64,000 bases of DNA, from NCBI RefSeq assembly GCF_006345805.1, contig NC_042998.1, positions 165,478,001-165,542,000 of the forward strand, given 5' to 3'. The stretch is from Octopus sinensis. Lineage: Eukaryota. The notes under the pieces are model-generated. The model made no database searches, had not been told where the DNA came from, and saw nothing but the letters and a program-made list of their open reading frames with translations. Both the position numbers and the translations under genes were made by a program. This document shows positions 1 to 12,796 of the stretch, piece after piece (positions within the stretch are counted from its first letter, which is position 1; each line of letters starts with the position of its first letter).

Positions 1-879
1 TATTTTTCTAGGGAGAGAGGTGGGAAAAGAGAGAGAAAGTAAGTTAGAGAGAAGGAGAGAAAGAGCTTATGAAGGCCAACTCTAAAATTGGACTTTAGGA
101 TTTTTCCCTTTCTGAATAGGACAGGTGTCCAAAACGTTGATTTTTTTTTCATCGCGCCCAGAGCTGACTTGGCTCACATAAGAACAATAGGGCCGCAAAT
201 TTATAAGTATTTAACTAATGTTGGAGATATATTTTCATTTTTGGAGTCCTGGAGAAGGGAAAGTTTTTATGGCCTTCGCAGCTTCCCGCAAAGACTGATG
301 AGATTAAATTTATCAACGTTTCTAGTAACACTTGCAGGAATAACATGAACTGAGAGGGAATCTTGAAGAGTGGATGTTCTGGGGAGAAAATGCTATGAGT
401 TGTGGTTATTGTGTGACGTAGAGTGTTGCACATAACGTGGATGATAGAGGAAGATAAACAAGTGAGCCGTTAGTGTCCAAGTAGAGATAGCATGAAAATA
501 CAATGTGTTGAGAAGAAATAACCATATATGGGTAGTAACGGATGAAATGCCATTGATCGTAACTCTATTCGATGTCAGTTATGACCTTAGATGAAACAAC
601 AACAACTACAACCATTACAGAAGCAGAAGTAACACTGACAACAATAGTAAAATAACATCAACAGGGATTACTACAACATCTCAAATACACGGGTTGCGCC
701 AAAACTAACGTAAAAGTGGTCACGAAAGATTTTATTGAAATTGATATAGGTCTCGGGTATTTCAAACCATATCCGGTAAGTTCGTCGTTATGAATACCCC
801 GCAGGGAAAGTTCGCCGTTATCAATTCACCGCAAGGAAAGTTCGCCGTCATTGTGTTCACGGCGGTATAGGGGTGCAGG

Positions 880-1552
880 CTGTTCGATTCCCATAAAATG
901 CTACAGATTATTTACGGAAGTGACACCATTGGCGAGAGCAATGTGCAAAGATGGATGAAGAACTTTAAACAGCGGTTAAAGCAGCATTAAAGACAAACTA
1001 CACAGTGAAAGAACATTAACTGCGACCATTTGCACGAATCACCATCGAATGAACGAACTGATTCACGTGGGCAATTAGTCTATGGTCACAATGCATTACA
1101 AACGATGAGGAAAGACTTTTGTATCTGAAAATAATATGCAAAGGGGTTGCCGCAGCATCTCACACTTGAATTGAAGGAGAGTGTGGTGGATATCAGCTCT
1201 ACTCTGCTTGATGTTTCTTGAAGCTAATGAAGACGTATCTTTCCAATCTGGTGACAGGGGACGAAACATGGGCGTAACTTCATGAGCCTGAAACAAGGGC
1301 TCAGTCCACGGAATGGCATTACACTTCTTCTACCCGGCCTAAGACGTTCAAGAACCAGCGATCAGTGCAGAAAGTCAGTCGAGGTAACTGTTTTGTAATA
1401 TAACAAAGGCGTCATTCTCTTTGATTTTTCTGGAATGTAGATGAGTAAGCAGTACATTGAGACACCCAAAAGGCTTAGAGAAAATAGGCTGCATCACTGA
1501 ATGCCCCAAACATTCTCGCTTACCGCTGCTGTGACGGTTTTCGTCTCCCTCA
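880..1552 (+). mobile_element. Degenerate, internally deleted mariner (Tc1/mariner) transposase remnant
   Basis: Manual translation gives IHKMLQIIYGSDTIGESNVQRWMKNFK (HTH region), LSNLVTGDETWA*LHEPETRAQSTEWH...RPKTFKNQRSVQKV (first catalytic D, TGDETW) and VTVL*YNKGVILFDF, with stops and frameshifts. Confidence 0.85.
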
Positions 1553-1974
1553 TATATATTCTGTCTTTTTAAACACAACGCGTCCATCAGAGATATTGTC
1601 ACTTGCAAATACTGCAGCAAATTGATGTCATCTCTGTTATGATTTCAAATGAATTTTCTTTTATAATTGCCAAAATCATCATTTTCTTATTCTATAGTTT
1701 TCTAATTACGTACAGACAAATGGAAATTGTTTGTATTTTGCCCTAAAGTTATGTCCATCTCATTTTCTTTCAATATCAAGAGAGAATAATTTGAGAGATA
1801 TATACCTCCTATTTCTAGCAGATCGAGAGACTTCGTACAAGGTCCCTTTTAGCCTGGTTTCTCAGAAATATATATTTGCTCACATAGAGCCTTATTCTAA
1901 ATTCAATATTTTACGGAGCATAACATATATACATGTGTATGTATGTATACGTATGTATATATAAAACGAGTGTG

Positions 1975-2005
<31 letters not shown>

Positions 2006-2029
2006 TGTGTGTGTGTGTGTGTGTGTGTG

Positions 2030-2065
<36 letters not shown>

Positions 2066-2207
2066 ATATAATAATAATAATAATAATAGGGACAACAGTC
2101 TAATGACTGAAACAAGTAAAAGGTAAAAGATATATATATATATATATATATATATTGTGTGTGTGTGGTGTGTGTGTGTGGTGTGTGTGTGTGTGTGTGG
2201 TGTAATA

Positions 2208-2248
<41 letters not shown>

Positions 2249-2593
2249 GGGACAACAGTCTAATGACTGAAACAAGTAAAAGGTAAAAGATATATATATA
2301 TATATATATGTATGTATATATATGTATATATATATATGTATATAAATATATGTATATATATACACATGCATACACACACATGTATCTGTGTAAGAGTGTG
2401 TATGTGTAAGAATGTGTATGTGTGTATAAGTTTGTGTGTGGTCATGTACACTTATGTATACGGGTATACACTTACAAATATATATTAAATACATATTTAA
2501 TATATATATATTTTATTTATACATAACATGTATATAGATGTAGACACATATATATAAATACATATGCACATATATACATATATAGATAGATAA

Positions 2594-2679
<86 letters not shown>

Positions 2680-3930
2680 GTAGATAAATAGATAGATTTC
2701 CAGAAAAAAAAAATTCCAATTAAAATATCCGAACACTAATGTCAAAGTACAACTGCGACACAGAAGGAAGCGAAAGAAATCTTGGCGCCATATGAGCGCT
2801 TTTAAGTGATTTTCCAAATCAGAGAGAGCATTCAGACTGTATTGAGTTTCGGTTTATTCAATTACACGTCTTGATTATTTGCTCAGGTCTTGTATGTGTT
2901 AGGGACAAAGTACTTCTCTAGTTTACAGAGACCAAGGAATAAATAATTCTCTAAGTAGGAGACATTTACTATTCATAGAAAATTGAACAAGATTATATTT
3001 AAATCTGGTTGTTGTTCTTAGTAGAGGTAACTATATCAGCTAAAAGATTTAGTGAAAGAGAGTGAACTAGATTTAGCCTGTTAAAAATTTAAAAATAATA
3101 TAAAGAAAAGAGAAAGAGTTTTTCTGAACGAAGAAAGCTTAAAGGAATAATATAAACTTGTAGTTTTATTGTTACTTTTTCATCCGTATTTTTATCAATC
3201 AAGATGTCACAATGTGAGAGGCTTGTAGTAAAGAGAAACTAAACAGTAAGAGTACAATGTAAGAGAACTAAACCTTATGTCTTGATCTGATAGAACAATT
3301 CTGAACAAATAAGTTTCTTGAGAGAATGAGTGGCGCCATCTGTTGAATGCAGAGTGGGACATAGCGACTGAGCTCGCGGTGGAAAGGGGCGTAAGAAGTA
3401 AATTTCATTAAGTCATTACCTACATTGGAATCTATTAAGCATGTCTAGAGACTAGCATTTACTAATAAAATCACAGTAAAAATCCGATTATCATGGGTGG
3501 AGAGATGTCAACACCTAAAGACCGACGCCAAACAATAACTACAGGAGAAACTAACGAACACTTGGAAGTCTTTATCAATATTTTATTTCTTTCTAGACAC
3601 TTCTGACGCCATTGTAATGTCACTCACGCACATCCTTAAAGAGAAAGTGAAATGATTTGGCAATGGGCTAGCGACTTTGCGTACATATTATCAAACTAAC
3701 TCCCCAATCTAGCTAGAGACAGACCCGTCTTCCAAATTTTAATAGTATTATCTAAACCTGTTAGCTCTCACACGTTTTTAGAGACTGTAACAAATATTAG
3801 CAATAATTGTTGTGTTAATCTATTGACAATTCAGGCATTTGATTTACAGAATTTATCTCTTGGTATTGTAAACATAATTTTTCAGAAGTTTCTGTAAAAT
3901 GTTCAAAGTTTATTAGTCTTACATATACCC

Positions 3931-4180
3931 TTACTCTTTTATTCTTTTACTCTTTTACTTGTTTCAGTCATTTGATTGGCCATGCTGGAGCACCGCCTTT
4001 AGTTGAACGAATTGACCCCAGGACGTATTCTTGTAAGCCTAGTACTTATTCTATCGGTTTCTTTTGCCGAACCGCTAAGTTACGGGGACGTAAACACACC
4101 AGCATCGGTTGTCAAGCGATGTTGGGGGTACAAACACAGATACACAAACATATACACACACATACATACATATATATATA

Positions 4181-4226
<46 letters not shown>

Positions 4227-4390
4227 CGACGGGCGTCTTTCAGTTTCCGTCTACCAAATCCACTCACAAGGCTTTGGTCGGCCCGAAGCTATAGTAGAAG
4301 ATACTTGCCCAAGGTGCCCCGCAGTGGGACTGAACCCGGAACCATGTGGTTCGTAAGCAAGATACTTACCACACAGCCACTCCTACGCCT
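3931..4390 (-). mobile_element. tRNA-derived SINE, family A, full length
   Basis: The reverse complement starts AGGCGTAGGAGTGGCTGTGTGGTAAG (A-box-like) ... GGTTCAGTCCC (B-box-like). It has an internal CA/TA microsatellite and a tail ending GACTGAAACAAGTAAAAGAG repeats. Near-identical to 8746-9160 and other copies. Confidence 0.9.
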
Positions 4391-4852
4391 TGTTTACAAT
4401 GAAATATTTCAAGAAAAACACGGCTACATCAGTGCTTTTTTACGAGTTTAGTAACAATATTACGAGTTTAGTAACAATATTCAATATCAGAAATTTAGTA
4501 TGATAGGCTTACAGTAGTATTAGCTCCAGTTGCATTGATGATACGATCTGATATTGTATCCTTGAGTGATAGCACTTCTTTATGCAACTGTTCCTATTCA
4601 TACTCACCACATGCCTACACCAGCGCTCGCCAGACAGAGTTGCTTAGCAGCGTTTCCTCTGGCTCTTTACGTTCTGAGTTCACATTCCGCCGAATTCTTT
4701 TCAAAGTCAGGTGGTTATGTAGTGTTTCTGTTGTTTGGGTTGTATATCTCGTTCGGAGATTTATTAATGCTTTCAGACAGTTTTTCTAAATCAGTGACTG
4801 TGGTTGCTGGGAAAAACGTTAAATATTATTTGCAAAGGTCTCCTTCATCGAA

Positions 4853-5075
4853 AACCGGTGTTTACCATACGTTGACGAGAGGCAAAAACCTTGAAACTAT
4901 AGTCCGTATGTATCACTTAGGTTTTCGAGGGAGGATGACCTCCCTTTGCAAATAACACAAGGGCACTGAAATTGTGTCTAAGGCCAGCTGGAGACGTCGA
5001 TCTCCTGGGGCTAAAAGCGTCAGTAACACCCCACTCCCAGTGGCTAGCCACATTCAGATGGCTAGTACACTTTAC
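4853..5075. mobile_element. Single-arm, diverged copy of the fold-back element at 50797-51263
   Basis: Shares CCATACGTTGACGAGAGGCAAA-ACCTTGAAAC...GTCCGTATGT...CTCCCTTTGCA...CCTGGGGCTAAA-GC-TCAGTAACACCCC with the right arm of 50797-51263. Confidence 0.8.
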
Positions 5076-5915
5076 GTTGAATTTTATTATATTATAGGGT
5101 AACAACAGTGTGAAATGTAAGTATCCAAGGAACTGTTCCGTGGATTATATAAGTGTATTTTTCATGTTAATTTATTGGTGTGAATAAAATAAAATATATG
5201 TGGTATGAATCGTGTTATTTTATTTATTGCTGAAAGCATGTGTTATGTGTCAGCGGTGCAAAAAGTGGATCGCTTGAGTTGTGCAGTTGGACTGAAACTG
5301 CTTTACATAAGGCGTGCACGTTGCCTAGCACCGCTCTTTTGGGGAATGAAGCCTGTGCGTCGAATTGTGAGCCCTCGTATGATTTTTATTGATTTCTTTT
5401 CAATGTTCTACTTTGAACCCCCAATTATTAATGGTATTGTGTCACTGTCATACACGCAACCTACTTATTTCTGTTTCAAAATTCTTAAACGCTGATAGTT
5501 TTTGTTGGAGAGGCGAGGATTTGTTACTTTTGAGGGAGCGAAAGTATTTATGTTATACATTTTATACTGGTGCATAAAAGCGTAATAAAACCAAAGAAAA
5601 AATTTACTGAACAAACAAAGCTTAAAGGGATACTATAAACTTGTATGTTTAGTGTTAGTTTTTTATTTGTATATTTATCAAACAACGTGTCACAATATAA
5701 TAGGTTTGTAGTAAAGAGAAATTAAACAGTAAGAGTACAATATAAGAAAACTAAACTTTCCGCCTTGGTCATATAAAACAACTCTGAACAAATCCTTTAT
5801 TCTATATTCATTGTATAAAAGCCAGTGAAGTATGCTCTAAGTACTTTCAATTTTCATAGTGAACGTACCGGCCACCTCGTACACTTGGTCATTTATACAA
5901 TATTTTGTACTTACA

Positions 5916-6456
5916 CAGGGTGTCCCAGAATTAACTATCTATTTTAGTGAAATCGGACAATTCTTTTAAAACCCCACTTTTATTTATGTTTATCATATTA
6001 ATATGCGTTAAAAGTGTATAAATTTTAAATTTTGTTTATAATTTTATAATCTTTATAATTCTTTTTATAATTTTATTTTCATTACTGTAAGATCCCACTC
6101 ATCTGTCCACGACAGCTTGTTTTCAATTTGGCTGCAATCATTTACTCTACTTTCATCCCCAAGAGTGAGCAATAGTTTAGCTGAACTTAAAAAACGCATT
6201 CAGTTAGCAGTGCAGGAGATAACCCCTGAAAAGCTTCAAAGCGTGTTTCGCAACACTAAGGGTAGAACTGAAATTTGCAAGGATATAGATGCAGCAGATA
6301 TTGAATATTTTCAATAAAGTTTTGATGTAAGATTTATAAATCTGTTTATTTTGGTATCCCAATCAAGTACTAAAAATAAAATTCGGCCAGCTTTTTTTTT
6401 TTTTTTTTTTTATTTGCTTGATTTCATTGAAAGATAGTTCATTCTGAGACACCCTG
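5916..6456 (+). mobile_element. Tc1/mariner-superfamily deletion derivative with TIRs
   Basis: TIRs CAGGGTGTCCCAGAAT (5916) and ATTCTGAGACACCCTG-TA (to 6458). The internal ORF end SLAELKKRIQLAVQEITPEKLQSVFRNTKGRTEICKDIDAADIEYFQ* resembles a Tc1/Tc3-type transposase C-terminus. Confidence 0.8.
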
Positions 6457-6852
6457 TATCGAAATATAAATTAACCTTTTTAGAAATTTACATTGCTGTA
6501 AGCAATATAACTGAGAATGTTGGAATAGTAGAATCAAGATAGCGACCCATAAAATATTTTGCCGCGTTTACTTATGATCCTTTTACAATCTGGGTTTATT
6601 TCCCGGTAATATCAACCTACCTTTTACACCCTACAATCGTTGATAAAATAAGTATCACTCATGTTTATATAATGATCTGTTCACCACTATATACACATCT
6701 CCTCCAATTTCTCGCATAGTAAGAGTTAGAAATTAGTTTTCTTGCTTGAAATTCTGTTTTTCTGATCATTTTCACAAAATAAGTAATACATACATCCACC
6801 CTCACAGAGCCATGTTGATGTAAACTACAACCGCAACAGCTGTAGGCGAGAG

Positions 6853-6909
<57 letters not shown>

Positions 6910-7083
6910 AGCAGCGGCAGTAGTAGCAGGAGCTGTTGAATCCATGCCGATAAAATAATGAAAAAGATTACATCAATAACGATTAGATATAGAAAAGTAA
7001 ATTCACTGAAATTTGTTATATATGTACATGCTTGCATGTATATAAGTATTACATACACACATACACACACACACACACACACA

Positions 7084-7116
<33 letters not shown>

Positions 7117-7201
7117 TATATACATATACATATATATATACAAATATATATATACATATATATATATATACATATACATATATATATACAAATATATATA
7201 T

Positions 7202-7261
<60 letters not shown>

Positions 7262-7309
7262 GTATATCTAGGTGCTATATATCTATATCTTTATCTATCG
7301 ATACATTTA

Positions 7310-7340
<31 letters not shown>

Positions 7341-7342
7341 AC

Positions 7343-7420
<78 letters not shown>

Positions 7421-7497
7421 CACATATGTATGTATGTATCCGTATGTATAAAAGTTTGTATGCATCATGTATGTATATACCCACATAATGTGTGTGT

Positions 7498-7536
<39 letters not shown>

Positions 7537-8364
7537 ATGCGTGTTTGTGTACGGAATGAAAAAAAGAAGTATCGTGTTAGTTTTGCTTCACCTATCAAAA
7601 GTTATGGCCTGACTATGTAGTAAATTGGTAATTCAAGATTAGTGAAGTCAATCATTGTTGGGAAAAGAGCAAACAAAAGTAAAGAAGAAACAAAACCTAA
7701 AGCCGTAGAGAAAAATCAAAGAAACAGAAGTAAATCTAACCTACAAGAAAGAAATAAGTCATTGCTAATTGCTTAGAAATTTCACTTCTCTCTTTTACGT
7801 TTTTGTGTTATTATTTAATTGTTTCTCTTTGTTTCGTATTTGTTTCGTTTTGTGTAAGTTTCGTTTGTGTAAGTTTTATTTTCCACTGTTATTTTAATGA
7901 AGGATAAATTTCTTCGTTTTATGTTTTCTTTTGAAACGTTTGTTGAATATTTCTAACAAATTGCGTTTCGGACGTGTTGTGAGTGCAATTATTTTATCTG
8001 GTCGGGCCCTAAACAGTTTTTGTCCTAAACATGTTCGCATATACACAGGCTGTAATAGAGGTTATCATTTATTTACTCGGAAACTGTATTTTAAGGTTTT
8101 AGTCGAACAAGTCGGCCCCACTTGTGTGTTTATTTTGTTTTGGTTCTGTTTTTGTTTTTTAAGTGTGGCACTCTTTTTATTGAACTGTTGTGCCGAACTT
8201 CCACACCGCTACGTTTTGGGGATGTAAACGAACCAACCTGGATGTCAAGCGCTGATGTTTGTGTGTGGGGGGGGGTATACAGATGCTAACACAAAGACAC
8301 ACACATGTAAATATATATATATATACATTCATACATTGAAACGATTTGAAAAATAATATCAGAA

Positions 8365-8417
<53 letters not shown>

Positions 8418-8745
8418 TGTGTGTGTGTGTGTGTACATGTGTATGTGTAATACATACATACATACATACATACATACATACATGCATGCATGCATACATA
8501 CATACATACACACATACATACATACATACATACACACATACATACATACATACATACATACATGCATACATGCACACATATATATCAAGTGTAAGCATAT
8601 CCACGTAGATGTTGTTTGAGACAGTTAAGAAAAAGTATGTACCGTCATAAAGATCAGCTGTCCTGATGCGAATATCTCTTTGTAACTATGGACATTACCC
8701 TCAATATTTCCAGCTTCTACATGTGGATGCAAATTTATATTTATA

Positions 8746-9160
8746 CCTTTTTACTTTTACTTTTACTTGTTTCAGTCATTTGACTGCGGCCATGCTGGAG
8801 CACCGCCTTTAGTCGAGCAAATCGAGCCCGGGACTTATTCTTTGTAAGCCCAGTACTTATTCTATCGGTCTCTTTTTGCCGAACCGCTAAGTGACGGGGA
8901 AGTAAACACACCAGCATCGGTTGTCAAGCAATGCTAGGGGGACAAACACAGACACACAAACACACACACATACATATATATATATATACATACATACGAC
9001 AGGCTTCTTTCAGTTTCCGTCTACCAAATCCACTCACAAGTCTTTGGTCGGCCCGAGGCTATAGTAGAAGACATTTGCCCAAGATGCCACGCAGTGGGAC
9101 TGAACCCGGAACCATGTGGTTGGTTAGCAAGCTACTTACCACACAGCCACTCCTGCGCCT
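8746..9160 (-). mobile_element. tRNA-derived SINE, family A, full length
   Basis: Same head, body and tail as 3931-4390; the head reads AGGCGCAGGAGTGGCTGTGTGGTAAGTAGCTTGC on the minus strand. Confidence 0.9.
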
Positions 9161-10134
9161 ATACCGATAATATTTTATGATCGGTATAGGTACAAACATA
9201 TTCTTCTAATATGTATGTACAATATATAGGCTCAGGTATGGCTGTGTGGTTATGACACGCGCTTGTAAGTAAATGCCTAACTGTCAGTCTGGATAAACTT
9301 GGATTTTCAGAAAAAGAAATCAGCCGACTCACACATTACAAATACAAGTAAGCGGAACAGTAAAACTATGCAAGACTTTTCTCAGGTTTAAAATGTGACA
9401 TTGTTTTCGTTATCAACATTCCAATGATGGAGTTTTGTATCTTTATCAGAAGCTAGCTCCGCCTTCAAAGGAAAAATTTAAATAATTAAAAACAGATAAG
9501 AATACATACATACACACATACATTTATAGTCGGTTTGAAATCGATGGGTACGGATGTCATCCATATTGAATGATATGTATTATCATTCATGCATGATATA
9601 TATATTTATATAATTCACATAACAGTCAGCATAAACATAGATGCATAATACATAAATATACACATTTATCGATAACCAAGGAGAAATCTGCATATTCAAC
9701 CGGACCATAACTTCTAATTCATACTTATGGTTATCGAGGAAATTGATTACTTAAGTGTCTCGGTACCAGTATTGATAAACCTGACTTTACAAAACCAGAA
9801 GGAAAGTACCAGTCAAGTGCTGGGGTGAATCTAATCGACTTGGTCCTTCACTTGAGTATTACCGGTCCAATACCAAAATTAAACGGAATCATCAGTATAA
9901 CATCTCCGACATACTCCTTTGTATGTCATATAGTTATGATTAAATCTTTCAAGTGACATGAGGTACGACATATTGAGGGCATTGTCCATAGTTACAAGGA
10001 GATATTCGCATCAGCAGGACAGCTGACCTTTATGACGCTACATACTTTTTCTTAACTGTCTCAAACAATTGAAATCAAACGAAGGCAAAATCAAGTTAAG
10101 ACAATCTACTAACATACATTTAAGTATCTGGACT

Positions 10135-10188
10135 CACGTGGACCGGTTTCTGCACTGGCAAAATAAGCCTTAGCTTCTTCAGCACGCG
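10135..10188 (-). ncRNA. Minimal type I hammerhead ribozyme motif (solo)
   Basis: Minus strand: CGCGUG-CUGAAGA-[agcuaaggcuuauuuugccagugca]-GAAA-CCGG-U-C-CACGUG. Stem I has 6 bp (one GU), stem III is the palindrome ACCGGU, the triplet is GUC, and stem II is imperfect at its base. Confidence 0.6.
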
Positions 10189-11568
10189 TTACCATGATTA
10201 GAGATTCTTAACCCATCGTTTTGAAGTCTATGCTGCAACTGATGCGTTTTGCGCCGAAATAACTGCAGCCACCAGTGTAAAATAATCTCGATACAATTTA
10301 CGAGAAAAATAATTCAAGAAAAATTTATTTGCGAAGGTGTCATTAATTCTATTATTATCCGATGTAAATATTTTGAACATGATAATAACAATCAATGACA
10401 CAGGCGATAGCAGGCCTAAAAATAGCATTAAATAGCCGAGGGATTAAAATTAATCAAATGACATAGTAAGTATGTCTACCTGCTTGAAATAACAGTCAGA
10501 ACTCTTATTAAATTGCCAAATGGCGATTTAAGATGTGATTACAGGGAGATTTCGCTTCTATTTCTACCAGGTAAGCGACCATGTACAGATTTCCTCATTG
10601 GTTAGACAACAGTAATAATGTATAACATCGGCACAAATCCCTGTAATTTGGAGTACAGAATTATAAATGGAAATTATCGTGGTAGTTTTCACACAGTCTA
10701 TTATATCCGTCAAATTGCTAGTCCAAATCTCGCACATGTTCTACACGTTGCGCTGTGCCACTTCCGCTAAACAGGAGGATAAATAAATTAAAAAAAAAAA
10801 AAAGAAAGACATAAACAAAAAATAATAATTGACTATTGGAATTGCTTTCCATTGCTTTCTATGAATATTATTACAATTGCTTTAATAGCCGTGTTTTTGA
10901 ATTTATTATCGTTACGGTTGCGGAGATGGCGGGTGAGATATGTTGTTCTTTGTTGTTGTTGTTATTCTTGTTCTTGTGGTTGTTGTTGCTGGTGGTGCTG
11001 GTGTTGATGTTGGAGGTGGTGGTGCTGATCGTTGACCGTCGGTGGTGGTGGTGGTGGTGGTGGTGGTGGTGGTGGTGGTGTTTTATAATTGTGATATTTA
11101 GCAATGGTAAATTGCGGTAGTGCTAGCATTATTGTTGTTACAGCTGCTGTTGTCTAAATTCGGTTATTCAGTTCAACTCAGCTAAGTTAAAATGTTCTTT
11201 GCACTATTTGCCCCACCGGTGTTCATAATATAAAACATATATAACATATATGTTTGTGAGCGTGTGTGTGTGTGTGTGTGTGTTATAATCTCACACCTGT
11301 ATACACAGATAAAAAAAAATATCTTTAATCCACGAACCCTTCCTCATCCAGTCTTTCGCTCTTCTAGTTTGTATGACAAACTGCCTTACCCTCTTTTTAC
11401 CTCTCCCACTCCTTCACTCATTTATTCTCTCTCTTTCCTCCCTCCCCCTCTCTCTCTCTCCCCATTATATTATATATATATATATATATAAAATTTAATA
11501 CACACACACATACTATATAAAACACATATGTGTAGTACCTTCATATATATGTCTATGTTTTATATATA

Positions 11569-11616
<48 letters not shown>

Positions 11617-11662
11617 TGTATACACATAGTCATATATATGAAGATACATACACATATGTGTT

Positions 11663-11713
<51 letters not shown>

Positions 11714-11736
11714 ATGTTGTGTGTATGTACGTGTAT

Positions 11737-11794
<58 letters not shown>

Positions 11795-12737
11795 CAGCAA
11801 TGATGCATTTTAAAGCTGGAATAATAAGTAGACTGAAAAAAAGACAACATAAAATATATAAGCATATATAAGCATATGTGTGTGTGTGCGTGAGCGCGCG
11901 CGTACATATATATACATACATACATTCGTACGTACGTAAGTGGGGCACAAATTGTATTTCCGGTAACTGGTTGCATTCGTAGAGACACAACTAGAACTGT
12001 CATCAACCGGAAATAAGTAAGAGAAATTCGAATTTACCCAGATTATATATACTCACATCAACAATGCTATAGCCATGAGGGGTCAAAATTCGGTTGAAAC
12101 GTCACAGAATTCAAATTTCCCATATTTATGTGTAGACTAACTAAAGTAGTGTGTTAACAAGTACAATCTTAGCTGCATGCAGGGTTCCAATATAATTACT
12201 CTTCAAAATATATCAGGAAAGCATTTTAAAGTAGGAATCCCGTAAGGTACTTTATAAAGTAGGCTTGGAGCAATGTATGTTAACTAAACAAAATCTAAAT
12301 TATTGTGTAATCCGTTTAACAGCTCAGTTTAAATCATAACACATATTCTGTCTATAAGTTATGGACGAATAAATGTTGTGTCTATGTCTATCTGCCAATC
12401 TACCTATCTAGCAATTTGTCTGTGTATCTACCTATATATATATGTGTGTGTGTGTTTTGTGTGTGTCTGTATGTGTGTGTATGCATATGTATATATATAT
12501 ATCTTTCTATCTAACTATCTTTATATTTATATATTTTCTACCCAGTGAAACATCGCCAACATCCTTTCCAGCCAGTGACATGGTCCATGGACTACAGATT
12601 GGGATCTTTATTTTGATATAATTGATGTCGCTGATATTTCAGAACTATTTTCAACAACATCATGTGACCGGCCTTAATCAGTAACATATTAATTTCCAGT
12701 AGTCATCTTGGACTTCCCCTTTCGCAGCATTCGGTAG

Positions 12738-12796
12738 CCTGCGCCTGACGAGCTAGGTAACGTGCGCCGAGCCTACGAAACTTTAAGTTGCATAGG
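12738..12796 (+). ncRNA. Minimal type I hammerhead ribozyme motif (solo, intact core)
   Basis: CCUGCGC-CUGACGA-G(C)UAGG...CCUAC-GAAA-CUUUAAG-U-U-GCAUAGG. All core nucleotides are present; stem I pairs 6 of 7, stem II is closed by G-C, and stem III is near-palindromic. Confidence 0.75.

Noticed and set aside
287-326. Hammerhead-like AAGA-CTGATGA-GAT(taaattt)ATC-AACGTT-TCT near the window start
   Set aside because: It lacks the GA of GAAA and stem I has only 3 bp. It may be a decayed copy but cannot be supported; the surrounding 1-540 region gave no recognisable protein motif.
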